From: an uncultured Verrucomicrobiae bacterium
Lineage (GTDB): Bacteria; Verrucomicrobiota; Verrucomicrobiia; Chthoniobacterales; JAFAMB01
Direction of reading: 5' to 3'
Length of the DNA: 64,000 nucleotides
Assembly (NCBI GenBank): GCA_963813025.1
Contig: CAWEXO010000011.1
Span: 480,001 to 544,000, forward strand
The notes beneath the pieces were generated by a model that saw only the letters and a list, made by a program, of their open reading frames with translations, ran no database searches and was not told the DNA's origin. Both the position numbers and the translations under genes were made by a program. The first letter of the stretch is position 1; each line of letters begins with the position of its first letter. Shown here in pieces: positions 29,505 through 40,487 of this stretch.

Positions 29505-31541
29505 TCAGGCCAAGTGCAAGGCGGTGATGATCAGGTCGATCAGCTTGATCCCAATAAATGGCAGAATGATTCCTCCGGCGCCGTAAATAAGCAGGTTTCT
29601 TTGCAAAATCCTCGCGGCACCGAGCGGACGAAACCGGACTCCTCGAAGAGCCAGGGGAATCAAGGCAATAATGATTAACGCATTGAAAATTACCGCGCTC
29701 AGAATCGCGCTTTGCGGGGATTTCAAGAACATGATATTCAGCGGAGCGATCTGCGGAAAAGTGCCGACCAGCATGGCCGGAATGATCGCGAAATATTTTG
29801 CCACATCATTGGCGATGCTGAAGGTCGTGAGTGCTCCTCGAGTGATCAGTAACTGCTTTCCGATCTCGACGATCTCAATCAGCTTGGTCGGATTGGAATC
29901 GAGGTCGACCATGTTCCCTGCCTCCTTTGCCGCCTGGGTGCCGGTGTTCATTGCGACTCCCACGTCGGCTTGGGCCAGCGCCGGAGCATCGTTGGTGCCG
30001 TCTCCAGTCATCGCGACCAGGTGCCCAGCTTCCTGCTCCCGCCGGCAAAGAGCCAATTTGTTCTCGGGTTTGGCTTCGGCCAGGAAGTCGTCTACGCCGG
30101 CCTCTCGGGCAATCGCGGCCGCGGTTAGTGGGTTGTCGCCCGTAATCATCACCGTTCGGATGCCCATTGCGCGAAAACGTTCGAACCGGTCAGACAACCC
30201 ACCTTTGACGATATCTTTGAGCTGAACAGTGCCGAGCACCCGCGCATTCGACGCGACGACCAGCGGCGTGCCACCGTTACCCGCGATCTTGTCGACGTCT
30301 TGTTGCACTTCCGCGGGCATTTTGCCTCCAACAAAATTTCGAACGGCCTCGGCCGAGCCTTTCCGTAAGCTCGTCCCGTCCAGATCAACTCCGCTCATTC
30401 TAGTCTGCGCGCTGAAAGGTATGAAAGTGGCCTTTGGCATCTCGCTTAGCTCGCGTTCGCGGATGCCAAAACTTTTTGCCAAAACAACGATGCTGCGACC
30501 TTCGGGCGTTTCGTCGGCCAGTGAAGCGAGTTGCGCGGCATCGGCCAAATCTCGTTCCGTCACCCTTGGCGCCGGTAAAAACGCGGTCGCCTGCCGGTTG
30601 CCAATTGTGATGGTGCCAGTCTTGTCGAGCAGTAAGACATCAACATCACCGGCCGCTTCCACAGAACGGCCGCTCATCGCCAGGACGTTCTTCTGCACAA
30701 GTCGATCGATTCCCGCAATTCCTATTGCGCTAAGCAGTCCGCCGATCGTGGTGGGAATCAAGCAGACCAGCAGCGCCACCAAGACCGGAATGGTAAAGTC
30801 TACCTTGGTCGAGCTATCGAAAGCTGAGTAAGAGTTGCCAAAAGCTTTCAGCGACATCATCGCGATCAAAAAGATCAGCGTGAGCGCCGATAATAGAATA
30901 GTCAGGGCGATCTCATTCGGCGTCTTCTGTCGCACCGCCCCTTCTACCAACCGAATCATGCGATCCAGAAAGGTTTCTCCGGGGTTTGAGGTTATCAGGA
31001 CCTTGATCTGATCAGACAACACCTTGGTACCGCCCGTGACCGCGCTCCGGTCGCCTCCCGATTCCCGGATGACCGGCGCAGATTCCCCGGTGATGGCCGA
31101 TTCGTCAACCGTCGCGGCGCCCTCGATTACTTCACCGTCGCCGGGAATAAGTTCGCCGGCCGCGACGACTACCAGGTCGCCCTTCCGCAATTGCTCCGCC
31201 TGTACTTGCTCAACCGTGCCGTTGGCCTTCAACCGGTTCCCAAAACTTTGCGTCCGGGTCGCCCGCAAAGCCTTGGCCTGGGCTTTACCACGGCCTTCGG
31301 CCATGGCCTCGGCGAAATTCGCGAATAAGACAGTGAACCAAAGCCAGAGCGCAATCTGGAGTTGGAACCCGAAATGATCACGATGGTAAAAGAGCAGAAC
31401 TGTCGTGATCGCCGCCCCAACTTCGGTCACAAACATAACCGGATTCTTGGCCATGGTGATCGGATTGAGCTTTTTAAAAGATTCCATGATTGCCGGACCG
31501 ATGATGGCCGGATCAAAGATCGAATGGGATTTCGCTGCCAT
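29505..31541 (-). CDS. kdpB: K+-transporting P-type ATPase subunit B
   Basis: [25 protein letters not shown]. Confidence 0.97.
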   Translation of the reverse strand: MAAKSHSIFDPAIIGPAIMESFKKLNPITMAKNPVMFVTEVGAAITTVLLFYHRDHFGFQLQIALWLWFTVLFANFAEAMAEGRGKAQAKALRATRTQSFGNRLKANGTVEQVQAEQLRKGDLVVVAAGELIPGDGEVIEGAATVDESAITGESAPVIRESGGDRSAVTGGTKVLSDQIKVLITSNPGETFLDRMIRLVEGAVRQKTPNEIALTILLSALTLIFLIAMMSLKAFGNSYSAFDSSTKVDFTIPVLVALLVCLIPTTIGGLLSAIGIAGIDRLVQKNVLAMSGRSVEAAGDVDVLLLDKTGTITIGNRQATAFLPAPRVTERDLADAAQLASLADETPEGRSIVVLAKSFGIRERELSEMPKATFIPFSAQTRMSGVDLDGTSLRKGSAEAVRNFVGGKMPAEVQQDVDKIAGNGGTPLVVASNARVLGTVQLKDIVKGGLSDRFERFRAMGIRTVMITGDNPLTAAAIAREAGVDDFLAEAKPENKLALCRREQEAGHLVAMTGDGTNDAPALAQADVGVAMNTGTQAAKEAGNMVDLDSNPTKLIEIVEIGKQLLITRGALTTFSIANDVAKYFAIIPAMLVGTFPQIAPLNIMFLKSPQSAILSAVIFNALIIIALIPLALRGVRFRPLGAARILQRNLLIYGAGGIILPFIGIKLIDLIITALHLA

Positions 31542-31612
31542 GATAGTTGTTCTTAGAATTACTTGCTAAGCAGAATTTGATTGGATTTTCTCTTTGCTGC
31601 CCCCAACCTTCG

Positions 31613-33424
31613 TTAGAAGAGTTTTCCGCTCTGCATGAGGAAATGTTCCAGGATCGGCGTCATGGTTAGAGCAGGAAGAAAGGTCAGCGCTCCGACCAGC
31701 AGGATGGTGCCGATGACCAGCACGCCGAACAGGGTTCCCGTCACCGGGAAGGTTCCGGCGCTGGTCGCTACTAACTTCTTTCGTCCGAGTGAACCGGCCA
31801 AAGCCATGACCGGGATAAGCATACCAAAACGCCCAATCATGGTTGCCAGCCCAAGAGTTATATTGTAATGCCGATCTCCGTTTGAAGGATTACCGGTTAG
31901 GCCGGCAAAGGCGCTCCCATTGTTTCCGGTGCAGGAGCTAAACGCATAAAAGATCTCAGCCAGGCCGTGTGGGCCCGAGTTATTGATTCCCGCCTGACCC
32001 CACGGAGTCAGCGCCGCCCATCCGGAAAAACCCAGGATCGAGAACGCCATTAGCAAAATAGCGATCGAGGCTAGTTTAACGTCATACGACTCGATCTTCT
32101 TGCCCAGGTATTCGGGCGTCCTCCCCACCATCAGCCCCGCGATGAATACCGCAAGAATTACAAATATCAGCATGCCATAAAGCCCGGAACCAACCCCCCC
32201 GAAGATGATCTCTCCGAGCTGGATGTTGAAGAGCGGAACAAATCCACCTAATGGGGTAAAGGAGTCGTGCATCGAGTTAACCGCGCCGCAGGAGGCGTCT
32301 GTCGTGATGGTGGCGAAGAGTGCCGAGTCGGTGATTCCGAAGCGAACTTCCTTGCCCTCCATGTTGCCGGTGCGCGGATCGACTCCCAATTGGTTCACGA
32401 TCGGGTTCCCATGAGCTTCAGCGTTCCAACAGATCAGAAATCCGCAAACGAAGAGGACGGCCATCACAGCCCAGATCGTCCAACCATGCCTTTGGTTTTT
32501 TACTGCGCGACCGAAATACCAGGTCAGCGCGCTGGGTATCGCGAAGATCGAGAGCATTTGCACAAGATTGGATAGCGGCGTCGGATTCTCGAAAGGATGC
32601 GCCGCGTTGGCATTCGTATAACCGCCGCCGTTTGTGCCTAGCATTTTGATCGCTACCTGAGATGCAATAGGCCCTTCGACAATCGTCTGAGTATCGACCT
32701 TCTGATCGGTCATTACCGGATTGCCCTTTTCATCTTTCACCGGGTTGCCCGACGCATCCTTTTTCGGCACCTGCACGGTTTGCGCCTCTACCACCTTCGT
32801 TGTGTCGTATGCCTTGAAGTTTTGTGGTATACCTTGCGAGACGAGAAACAGTGCATAAATGACGCAGATCGGCAGGAGCAAATAGTAGATCAGCCGAACC
32901 ATATCGACCCAAAAGTTACCGATGGTGTTAACCGTGTGACGGGCGATCCCCCGCACCAGCGCGGCCGCCACCGCAATTCCCATCGCTGCCGAGAAGAAAT
33001 TGTGCGAGGCCAGAGCAAGCATCTGCGACAGATAACTCATCGTGGTCTCGCCACCGTAATTCTGCCAGTTCGTGTTGGTCACGAAACTCAGGGCGGTGTT
33101 AAACGCCAGAGGTTCACTTACCGGACTCTGCCCCTGGGGATTTAATGGCAGAACGTTTTGCCAACGGAGCACCAGGTAAGTGAGGATGGTACTGACCAAG
33201 CCGAAACCCAATAGTGCTATTGTGTACTGAATCCAGCCTTGCTCTTTCTGGGGATCGATCCCGAGAAGCCGATAAGTCAGCCGCTCGAGTGGCCGCAGCA
33301 CTGGGTCAAGAAATGTCTTGCCGTTCGCATCGAGCACCCGACAGAGATACACACCGAGCGGTTTGGTGATTAACAAGAGAACTCCAATATACAACCCGAG
33401 TTCCAGCCATCCTTTAATATTCAT
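31613..33424 (-). CDS. kdpA: K+-transporting ATPase subunit A
   Basis: TNTNWQ, GTNGGG, SCGAVN, GNNGSAF pore motifs. Confidence 0.97.
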   Translation of the reverse strand: MNIKGWLELGLYIGVLLLITKPLGVYLCRVLDANGKTFLDPVLRPLERLTYRLLGIDPQKEQGWIQYTIALLGFGLVSTILTYLVLRWQNVLPLNPQGQSPVSEPLAFNTALSFVTNTNWQNYGGETTMSYLSQMLALASHNFFSAAMGIAVAAALVRGIARHTVNTIGNFWVDMVRLIYYLLLPICVIYALFLVSQGIPQNFKAYDTTKVVEAQTVQVPKKDASGNPVKDEKGNPVMTDQKVDTQTIVEGPIASQVAIKMLGTNGGGYTNANAAHPFENPTPLSNLVQMLSIFAIPSALTWYFGRAVKNQRHGWTIWAVMAVLFVCGFLICWNAEAHGNPIVNQLGVDPRTGNMEGKEVRFGITDSALFATITTDASCGAVNSMHDSFTPLGGFVPLFNIQLGEIIFGGVGSGLYGMLIFVILAVFIAGLMVGRTPEYLGKKIESYDVKLASIAILLMAFSILGFSGWAALTPWGQAGINNSGPHGLAEIFYAFSSCTGNNGSAFAGLTGNPSNGDRHYNITLGLATMIGRFGMLIPVMALAGSLGRKKLVATSAGTFPVTGTLFGVLVIGTILLVGALTFLPALTMTPILEHFLMQSGKLF

Positions 33425-33457
33425 AACAGTCACAGTTCCGTTTCCCTATTGGAGTCC

Positions 33458-33541
33458 CTAGAATTTCTCCGGACGGAGCATTGAATACAGCAGGTAGATG
33501 ATTAAACAAACAGAGATGAGGCCGACCACAATATCGTCCAT
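33458..33541 (-). CDS. kdpF: KdpF peptide (27 aa, absent from ORF track)
   Basis: MDDIVVGLISVCLIIYLLYSMLRPEKF with the YL..L.PE.F signature. Confidence 0.9.
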   Translation of the reverse strand: MDDIVVGLISVCLIIYLLYSMLRPEKF

Positions 33542-33557
33542 AGTTTTTGTGTCAAAA

Positions 33558-33641
33558 TTAAATCTTGCTGCAGAACTGAGTGAAAAAGGTCAGTACAACG
33601 AAACATCCGATAATCATTCCGAGATAAACAACGTCAGCCAT
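33558..33641 (-). CDS. Second small hydrophobic kdp-associated peptide (27 aa)
   Basis: MADVVYLGMIIGCFVVLTFFTQFCSKI, single TM, directly upstream of kdpF. Confidence 0.7.
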   Translation of the reverse strand: MADVVYLGMIIGCFVVLTFFTQFCSKI

Positions 33642-33652
33642 AAAGTTAGTTC

Positions 33653-34339
33653 TTAGTTATGTTGTCCCAGGTTCATCGGTTCCTCACTGGATCCGAAATT
33701 GAAGAGCTCAAAAATCCGACGCATATTTTGCTGAGCAGGCTCAAATCGCTTGTTGACGCGGATTGCCTGGCCATAACAACGCTTGGCCCGATCGTAGTCC
33801 CCCATCACCTCCGCCAGTACACCTGCCAGATTAAATGCTTCCGCCGAGCGGCCATCTAATTCCAGTGCGCGCGTCACATGCTTCTGTGCTTCGCTAAAGC
33901 GGCGCAAATTGATGAGGCGCTTGGCCGAACGAATGTGGCTCGCGAAAGTATCTACCTCGATTACCTCCGGCGGTTCTTCGTGCCGGTTGAGCACTTCCCA
34001 AACGATCGTCCGGAGTTCTTCTGGTCGGAGAGGTTTCTGCAGAAAGTCGATGGCGCCGAGCTTCATCGCTTTCACCGCGTTAGGTACGTCGCTGTAAGCC
34101 GTGATAATCACGGAGGGCGTGGGAATCTGCTCATCGCGCATTTTGGAAAGCAGCTCCAATCCATCCATACCGGGCATCCGCAAGTCCAGAATGGCCAAGT
34201 CGGCCGGCTGCTTCTGGAGGTGCTGGAGAGCTTCTTCGGCGGTCGCCGATTCTTCAACCAAATAACCCTCCGTTTCGAGGGCGACTCGATAGATCAGGCG
34301 CACATTCGGCTCGTCATCGACAATTAGAATCCGTTTCAT
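33653..34339 (-). CDS. Response regulator (receiver + TPR output)
   Basis: IVDDE, LDLRMPGMDG, KP; C-terminal TPR-like helices. Confidence 0.88.
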   Translation of the reverse strand: MKRILIVDDEPNVRLIYRVALETEGYLVEESATAEEALQHLQKQPADLAILDLRMPGMDGLELLSKMRDEQIPTPSVIITAYSDVPNAVKAMKLGAIDFLQKPLRPEELRTIVWEVLNRHEEPPEVIEVDTFASHIRSAKRLINLRRFSEAQKHVTRALELDGRSAEAFNLAGVLAEVMGDYDRAKRCYGQAIRVNKRFEPAQQNMRRIFELFNFGSSEEPMNLGQHN

Positions 34340-36141
34340 GTCTTACTTCCGCTGACTGGTGGTAGATCGAAATAGAACTCGCTCCCTTGTCCCGGTTTAC
34401 TTTTCAGACCAACTTCACCGCCCAGCGAATTGATGATCTCTCGGACAATTGCTAAACCAAGCCCGGCTCCCGTCTTTTCCGACCCAGGAATTCTGAAAAA
34501 CCGCTCGAAGAGCCGGGACTGATATTCCGAGGGTATGCCCGGGCCCTGGTCGATTACCGAAAAGCGAACACGATCGCCGATCCGTTTTGCTTCGACCAGG
34601 ATTTCCGTTCCCGGTTTAGAATGCTTGGCGGCGTTCGAAATAAGGTTCGAAAAAACGTGATGAATCTGCCCCGCGTCAACTGCCACCAAAGGTAATCCCG
34701 GTTCGGTGCGAAGCCCCAAACGGCAGCCATGCGATTCCACCATCGGCGCAAAATCCTCGACGGCCGCCGCCACCAATGTTTTGGGATAGAGCTGTTCAAT
34801 CGCGTTCCTCGCTTTGCCGGACTCTAGCCGAGCCAGATCCAGCAAATCATTGATCATTTGGACCAGGCGCTCCGAGTCTTCCCGAGCCGCCAGCAATAGC
34901 TCCGTTTGTTTAGTGGTGAGCGAACCGATTCGCTCTTCGAGCAGGAGATGTAAACCCATCCGAATGCTGGTAAGCGGGGTTTTCAACTCATGGCTAACGG
35001 TCGATACCAGGTTCGTTTTAACCTCGTCCATGAGCCGAAACCGGGTGACATCCTGGAGAATGGCAGCGGCTCCAAAAAGATTGCCGCTTTCATCTCGCAT
35101 GCCGATGACCCGTGGGAGCAGAAAACTCTCGTGTTCATCCAATCGGATCGGAATAACATTCTCGAAAGAAGTAGGAACTAGATCGGCTCCGCCAGCCAGC
35201 ACCCGCTTGACTTCGGAGGTCAGATTCCCTGGCAGGTTAACGTCAGTGCCCAATTTGCTGCGCAGACGTTCCGCCGCCGGATTGGCAAAACTGATTTTAC
35301 CTTCAATGGAAAAGCCGAAAATTGCGTCAGGGAATGCTGACAACGTGATCTCGGTCATCTGCCGCGCTTGCACGATCTGATCGGAAGCTACGCGGCGATA
35401 AGCCCGCAACTTGGCCGCCATGCGGTTGAAGGCGGTCGCTAAGTCTCCGAGCTCATCCTTGGACTGAACGGTGACAACCTGATCTAAATTACCCTCACCA
35501 AGGTCCCGAGTCACCGTGGTCAACTCGTGAATTGGCCGCAGGATTGCTTTTTGCAGACGGGAAGCAAAAAACAGGGAGGCGGCAATTCCGGCGAGTACGA
35601 CCAGGAACATGTATCGGATTGATTGCTCGCTGACTGCAAGCGCCTCGCGATTGGCAGCCAGCATGTTTTCTTCGTTAATCCGGATGATTTCCTGGGCGGT
35701 GTCTTTAATGTCCGTTGCGAGCGGCAGGAGCGAGTTGAAATAAATGATTTTGCGCTTTTCCAGGTTGGGTTCTTGAAAGAACTGAACTACCGCCTGCGTA
35801 TATTGCCCGAAGAGCACTTGCGTATGCTCGGCCAGCTTGCCTTCTCCCGGCAGAGTGATGTTCCTCAATTCGAGATCGAGCGCTTCTTTAAACAAAGAGC
35901 GGTTTTGATCATACATCTCTCGACCGCGTGCTTCTTCACCGACGAGAGAAAAGAAGGCGCCCGAGTCCATGCGCTCGAGCGTTTCTTTCATTTTCTGACC
36001 GGCAATAACGCTCTGATAATTTTCGCGGAGAATAACGTCGATCTTCCCGCCCAGACTATGGAAGAGAATCATGGCGTAGCCACCCATCCCGGCGAAGAGC
36101 ACGAGCATGGGCAGCAGCCAAATAATGATCCGCTTTTTCAT
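34336..36141 (-). CDS. Sensor histidine kinase (4-helix bundle, HAMP, PAS-like, HisKA, HATPase)
   Basis: SHELKTPL, NLISNA, DQGPGI, GAGLGL. Confidence 0.92.
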   Translation of the reverse strand: MKKRIIIWLLPMLVLFAGMGGYAMILFHSLGGKIDVILRENYQSVIAGQKMKETLERMDSGAFFSLVGEEARGREMYDQNRSLFKEALDLELRNITLPGEGKLAEHTQVLFGQYTQAVVQFFQEPNLEKRKIIYFNSLLPLATDIKDTAQEIIRINEENMLAANREALAVSEQSIRYMFLVVLAGIAASLFFASRLQKAILRPIHELTTVTRDLGEGNLDQVVTVQSKDELGDLATAFNRMAAKLRAYRRVASDQIVQARQMTEITLSAFPDAIFGFSIEGKISFANPAAERLRSKLGTDVNLPGNLTSEVKRVLAGGADLVPTSFENVIPIRLDEHESFLLPRVIGMRDESGNLFGAAAILQDVTRFRLMDEVKTNLVSTVSHELKTPLTSIRMGLHLLLEERIGSLTTKQTELLLAAREDSERLVQMINDLLDLARLESGKARNAIEQLYPKTLVAAAVEDFAPMVESHGCRLGLRTEPGLPLVAVDAGQIHHVFSNLISNAAKHSKPGTEILVEAKRIGDRVRFSVIDQGPGIPSEYQSRLFERFFRIPGSEKTGAGLGLAIVREIINSLGGEVGLKSKPGQGSEFYFDLPPVSGSKT

Positions 36142-36166
36142 GAAATACGCGACAGACCCGATCTGT

Positions 36167-36184
36167 TAGCCGGTCGCGTGCCAA
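36167..36184 (-). promoter_or_regulatory. Possible sigma-54 promoter upstream of the kdp-associated kinase
   Basis: TTGGCACGCGACCGGCTA on the minus strand: perfect -24 box, GG-N10-GC, weak -12. Confidence 0.35.
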
Positions 36185-36356
36185 GCGGCCACTGTGGGGG
36201 GTGCCCCCCCTCGGGGAGGCCTGTTCGAAGAATGTTGAATCGATGGCGCGTAACTCGCGTTTTGCGATTAAACGCGCGTTTGGCACTCGCAGAACGCGAG
36301 TTTGTCCGACAACGTCGTTCAACATCCGGATCTAGCGGGGAGATTCTGCCAGTTCA

Positions 36357-36419
36357 CCGCGTGTCGGAGTGCATGCGACCCCCTTCGCTATCGCTCGGCT
36401 CTGGCGCGGCAGGCCTTGT
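36357..36419. repeat. REP-like repeat family B, copy 2
   Basis: Similar to 18485-18548. Confidence 0.65.
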
Positions 36420-36602
36420 TGCCGCTTTACGAGCCGCGCGGGCAGCACAGACGGCCTCCGTTCCGCTCACTGAGCGAGGTTCGAAGCGTTTCCAAACGTG
36501 ACCTGTCCCTTAGAGCGTCCTCAAACGCGACCTGTCCCTACAATGCGACAGAGGCGACAGGTCCGTTTGCAGCGGCTCGGGGACGGCGCCTGCTGGTCTT
36601 AA

Positions 36603-36872
36603 TTAAGTCCCGAATCGCGCCAGGGCGCGCGCTTTCGCTTTAGCCGCCTGCTCGTCGCGATTTCTGGGTGGGGCGTTCGTCTCCAACGAACGCAGATAAC
36701 GCGCCGAAGCGTCCGCTATTTCGTTGATGGCCGTGAGGAACGCGGCTTCGTTCATCTTGGAGGGTTTACTAAAACCGCTGATTTTTCTGACGAACTGCAG
36801 CGACGACGCCCGGATCTCCTCGTCAGTGACGGGCGGATCGAAGTTATAGAGGGTCTTAATATTTCTGCACAT
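36603..36872 (-). CDS. DUF2277-like small protein
   Basis: MCRNIKTLYNFDPP...QFVRKISG. Confidence 0.85.
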   Translation of the reverse strand: MCRNIKTLYNFDPPVTDEEIRASSLQFVRKISGFSKPSKMNEAAFLTAINEIADASARYLRSLETNAPPRNRDEQAAKAKARALARFGT

Positions 36873-36947
36873 ACAAATCTTGAGCACTTACGCATTCGCC
36901 CCTCTGGTTTACAACCACAGGAGGGCGTGTCGTGGAGACGACATGAG

Positions 36948-36980
36948 TTGGCAGGTTCGGCCCGAAGGCCGAACCTGCCA
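36948..36980. terminator. Strong hairpin downstream of the AI-2E gene
   Basis: tggcaggttcggcc-cgaa-ggccgaacctgcca; no clear T-tract. Confidence 0.45.
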
Positions 36981-37079
36981 TATGAATAAGAAAATCCTCG
37001 AGACCGAATCGGCTGAGGTAACAGCGCGATTCATTCAATCGGCGGTTCGATCGCAACACCACAAGGATTTTTATTGAAA

Positions 37080-38935
37080 TCAGGGTGCAGATCGCACGTT
37101 ATCGGCGTCTTCGTCGGCTAGCTTTGTTACTTCGAGCGTTTGCTCCAGTGACGGGGGTTGAAGCGCGACGAGACCGCGGATTGCTTGTTCCAAATTGGTG
37201 TAAACGTCTCCGACCCGCGCTTCGCGCAAGCGGCGGATGAGCCGGACAGCACCTTGCGGCGGTAAACTCCACAGACCAATGAAGACGGTGGCTTCCGGCA
37301 AAGCGACCTGCAAGGCGCGCGCCATTTTGTCAAGCGTAGCCGCAGACCGCGCCGCCACGCACGAAAGGATGATTACGGTAGCCTGAAGCTCTCTGAGCCG
37401 CTCGAGCTTTTCGGCACGGAGCAATTTGCTCGGGATGAGGTGCACACCCAGCCCTTCCTGCCTCAGTAAGTCCGCCAACGCCTGACCTACTACTTCGTCC
37501 CCTTCCCCCACGAACGGAACGATCGCAACGACGTGATTGCTAACGAGGGTATTGCTATCCGCGGTTTCCTTCGATTCAGCCGGCGCGGGGGCCAAGCCCT
37601 CGAGCACCTCGCGCAGCTGCTGGTAAATACGCGTTTTCGTCGGATTGGATGCCGCACCCGGGAAAAGTTCATTTTCGATCGCCCGTACCGTAGGCATCAC
37701 CAGTTCTTCGGCGGAATCCAAGGTCAACTGGGATCCGATGACTTCGTGCACGAGCGCTTTGGCTTCCGGAAGTCGGTTTTCCGTCAGCAGCCTCGTGAGT
37801 TTGACCTCCGTCGCCGTCGGCGGTTCCGAGGCCAAGAGAACACTACAGAAGTGAAAGGCCGGAAGTAGCGTCCCAGGACAACCAGACACGCCGTAAGCGG
37901 AGTGGCCAACACCAAACCGAGCGGTCCCCACAGCCATGTCCAGAACAGCGCGGAAGCAATTACCGCAAGAGGCGAGATTCCCGCGCTGCCACCCAAGACA
38001 ATGGGCTCAATGACGTTATTAGTGAACACTTCCAAAACGACGTAAACTCCCAGCGTCAGCAGCGGAGTTGTCCAGCCCGTCGAGGTCGCGATTGACAAGA
38101 CGAAAGGGAAAGCCGCCGAGAGCCAGACCCCCACGTACGGCAGGAACCGCAACGCCAGCGTAAGCACCGCCCAAAGAACGGCATTCGGGATGCCGAGAAA
38201 GTAAAGGCCAACCCCAACAGCGACGGCAAAGCCGGTATTAATCTGAAGTTGGGCTAACAAGAACCCGCTCAAGCGAGCACCCACCTCGTCTACCGCAAGA
38301 GTGGTAGTCGCGCTGTGCGAGTGGCCCACCAATCGCAGGAAACGCTGGCGGAGTCGGCGTCGTTCCAACAAAAGAAACACGACCAGCAGCACTACTACCG
38401 CAAACTCGGTGGCAGGCCCAACCAGCGGCGTGAGGCTGCTCTGGGCTATCGCCAGAAGATTTCCCTTTCCTCCGACTACTTCCACTTTGGTCGGCCGCTG
38501 AGCTTGACTGACATCGACCGCGGAGGCCGAGACCTTGCTGAGGTCGTCGATTAACGCGTGAAAATTGCGCGTCGCCGCGCTGAACGGGCCGGGCGGCCCC
38601 TGGCGCAGCGACTCCCAGCGAGCGATGATGTTGCTGCGGTACTTGGGTACTGTGTTGACGAGGTCCAACGCCTGCGAGGAAACGACCGCACAAAGGGTAC
38701 CCAGAAGCAGGAAAGCGATCACGACCACGCTCAGCACGGCCAAGAGAGGGCGAAAACCGTGGCGCTCAAGCCATCCAACTGCCGGGCCCAACACCAGGGT
38801 GAACAAACCGGCCAGAATCAGAGGCAGCAAGAACGCCTTGCCCCAAGCCAATCCACCTAGCATGAGAAAGAAAGAGATAATCTGAATAAGCCGGCCGAGC
38901 TCCGAAGGGAGTTTATTTTCAACGGAGTCGGGCAT
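37080..38935 (-). CDS. AI-2E family transporter with C-terminal cytoplasmic domain; frameshift at ~37861
   Basis: LRFLPYVG, NNVIEP, WGPLGLVLATPLT; continues in ORF 37080-37937 after a missing C in a C-run. Confidence 0.8.
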
Positions 38936-39100
38936 TGGAGAGGCTAGCGGGCGTTAGTACCGGATTTACCACTCGAAGATCGAGCGGCTTCGCGGTTAGA
39001 TCGTCCCGGACCAGCCCGGCGGTCGTGCGGCGGTTGCATCGATTCTGCGAACGGGTGCGTCGTTTTCTCCGCCTCCGGAGTGCGCGGCAGACAGAAAGGG

Positions 39101-39537
39101 GCGGCCAAAGGGGACAGGTCACTTGCCGGCCCGCAACTCCTCATCCATCGCGTAGGGCGTGTGGGCGAAACAGACAGCGTTTAAGGGGACAGGTCATCCG
39201 GCGGCAACGCTTCGAACCTCGAAGTCGACGCAACAGGGATACGGACGAGGCCGTAAAGTCCGGCTTCCACCCGCTCCACTTGTGACGGGCGGCTAAGGGG
39301 GACAGGTCACTTGCCGGCCCGCAACTCTCCGCCCGTCGAGCGGCGGCCAAGGGGGCAGGTTATCCGGTCCAGCGACCCTCCGCCCCATCGGGTAGCGAGT
39401 GCGCGGCTAAGGGGACAGGTCATCCGGCGGCAACGCTTCGAACCTCGAAGTCGACGCAACAGGGATACGGACGAGGCCGTCCGCGCTACCCTCAAGCGAT
39501 GCCCTAGAGTCCGGAGTCCACCCGCTCCACTTGTGAG
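39101..39537 (+). repeat. Modular direct-repeat cluster (5x aaggggacaggtca core)
   Basis: Cores near 39108, 39183, 39295, 39349, 39409; 72-bp module 39183-39254 = 39409-39480. Confidence 0.8.
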
Positions 39538-39812
39538 GTTCTTCGGAAAAGCTGTGAATAAAGTCCGATAACTTCGGGCAGGCGCGTGTTGTTGGCTGGA
39601 TCCCGCCGGCCATTCCGAAGTTAATACCACTGATTTGCAGGTCTCAGCTTCGCTCTCAGAGTGCTTTCCGAAGATTGCAGCGGACTTGCTCACAACCTTA
39701 AGAAGAAGAAGATAGGGTAGTATAAATTCGGATCATCTCCGAAAGGATCAATAACTCCGGATAATTCTCGAGCCAGTTGAGGAACACCTCGGTTTGTTCT
39801 ACCGGTTCAAGG

Positions 39813-40487
39813 ATGCGTGTCCTTGTGGCCGAAGACGAAAAAAAGGTTTGTCACTTCGTACAGAAAGCCCTCGAAGAGGTAGGGTTTGCAGTGGACGCGG
39901 TGAACGACGGTGAGAAGGCGCTCGAGCTCGGGCAGCGCTCGGCCTACGATGTCATCGTCCTCGATATAATGATGCCGGGCCAGGACGGACTCACCATTCT
40001 CCGGACTCTGCGAAAAGCACGCAACTCGACACCTATTTTACTTCTGACCGCGCGCGGGGAAGTCTCCCAGCGAGTAGAAGGTCTGGAACTCGGCGCTGAC
40101 GATTATCTAGCCAAACCGTTTGCCATGCGCGAATTGGTCGCCCGGGTCAATGCTCTTGCCCGGAGGGCTTCCGGCGAACGGCTGACCGTGCTGCGAGTAG
40201 GAGATCTTGTCTTAAACCTTGTCACCCGAGAGGTGACCCGCAACGGCCAGAAAATAGAGCTGGCCGTACGGGAATTCGCCTTGCTTGATTATTTGATGAG
40301 GTATCCCGGCCAGGTGCTGTCGCGCACCAGTATCAGTGAACAGGTCTGGAACTATCATTTTGATACGGGGACGAATGTTGTCGATGTTTACATCAATCGT
40401 TTGCGACGCAAGGTAGACGATTTTCATCAGATTAAACTGCTCCACACGGTGCGTGGTATCGGCTACATGTTAAAGGCGCCCGAATGA
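39813..40487 (+). CDS. OmpR/CusR-like response regulator
   Basis: AEDE, LDIMMP, GADDYLAKPF, TNVVDVYI, TVRGIGY. Confidence 0.92.
   Translation: MRVLVAEDEKKVCHFVQKALEEVGFAVDAVNDGEKALELGQRSAYDVIVLDIMMPGQDGLTILRTLRKARNSTPILLLTARGEVSQRVEGLELGADDYLAKPFAMRELVARVNALARRASGERLTVLRVGDLVLNLVTREVTRNGQKIELAVREFALLDYLMRYPGQVLSRTSISEQVWNYHFDTGTNVVDVYINRLRRKVDDFHQIKLLHTVRGIGYMLKAPE

Noticed and set aside
36142..36360. c-di-AMP (ydaO) riboswitch upstream of the kdp cluster
   Set aside because: Conserved ydaO motifs not recognisable by eye; an Rfam scan would settle it
39101..39537. CRISPR array
   Set aside because: Core is short, spacing is irregular (about 54-112 bp), intervening modules are re-used, and there are no cas genes
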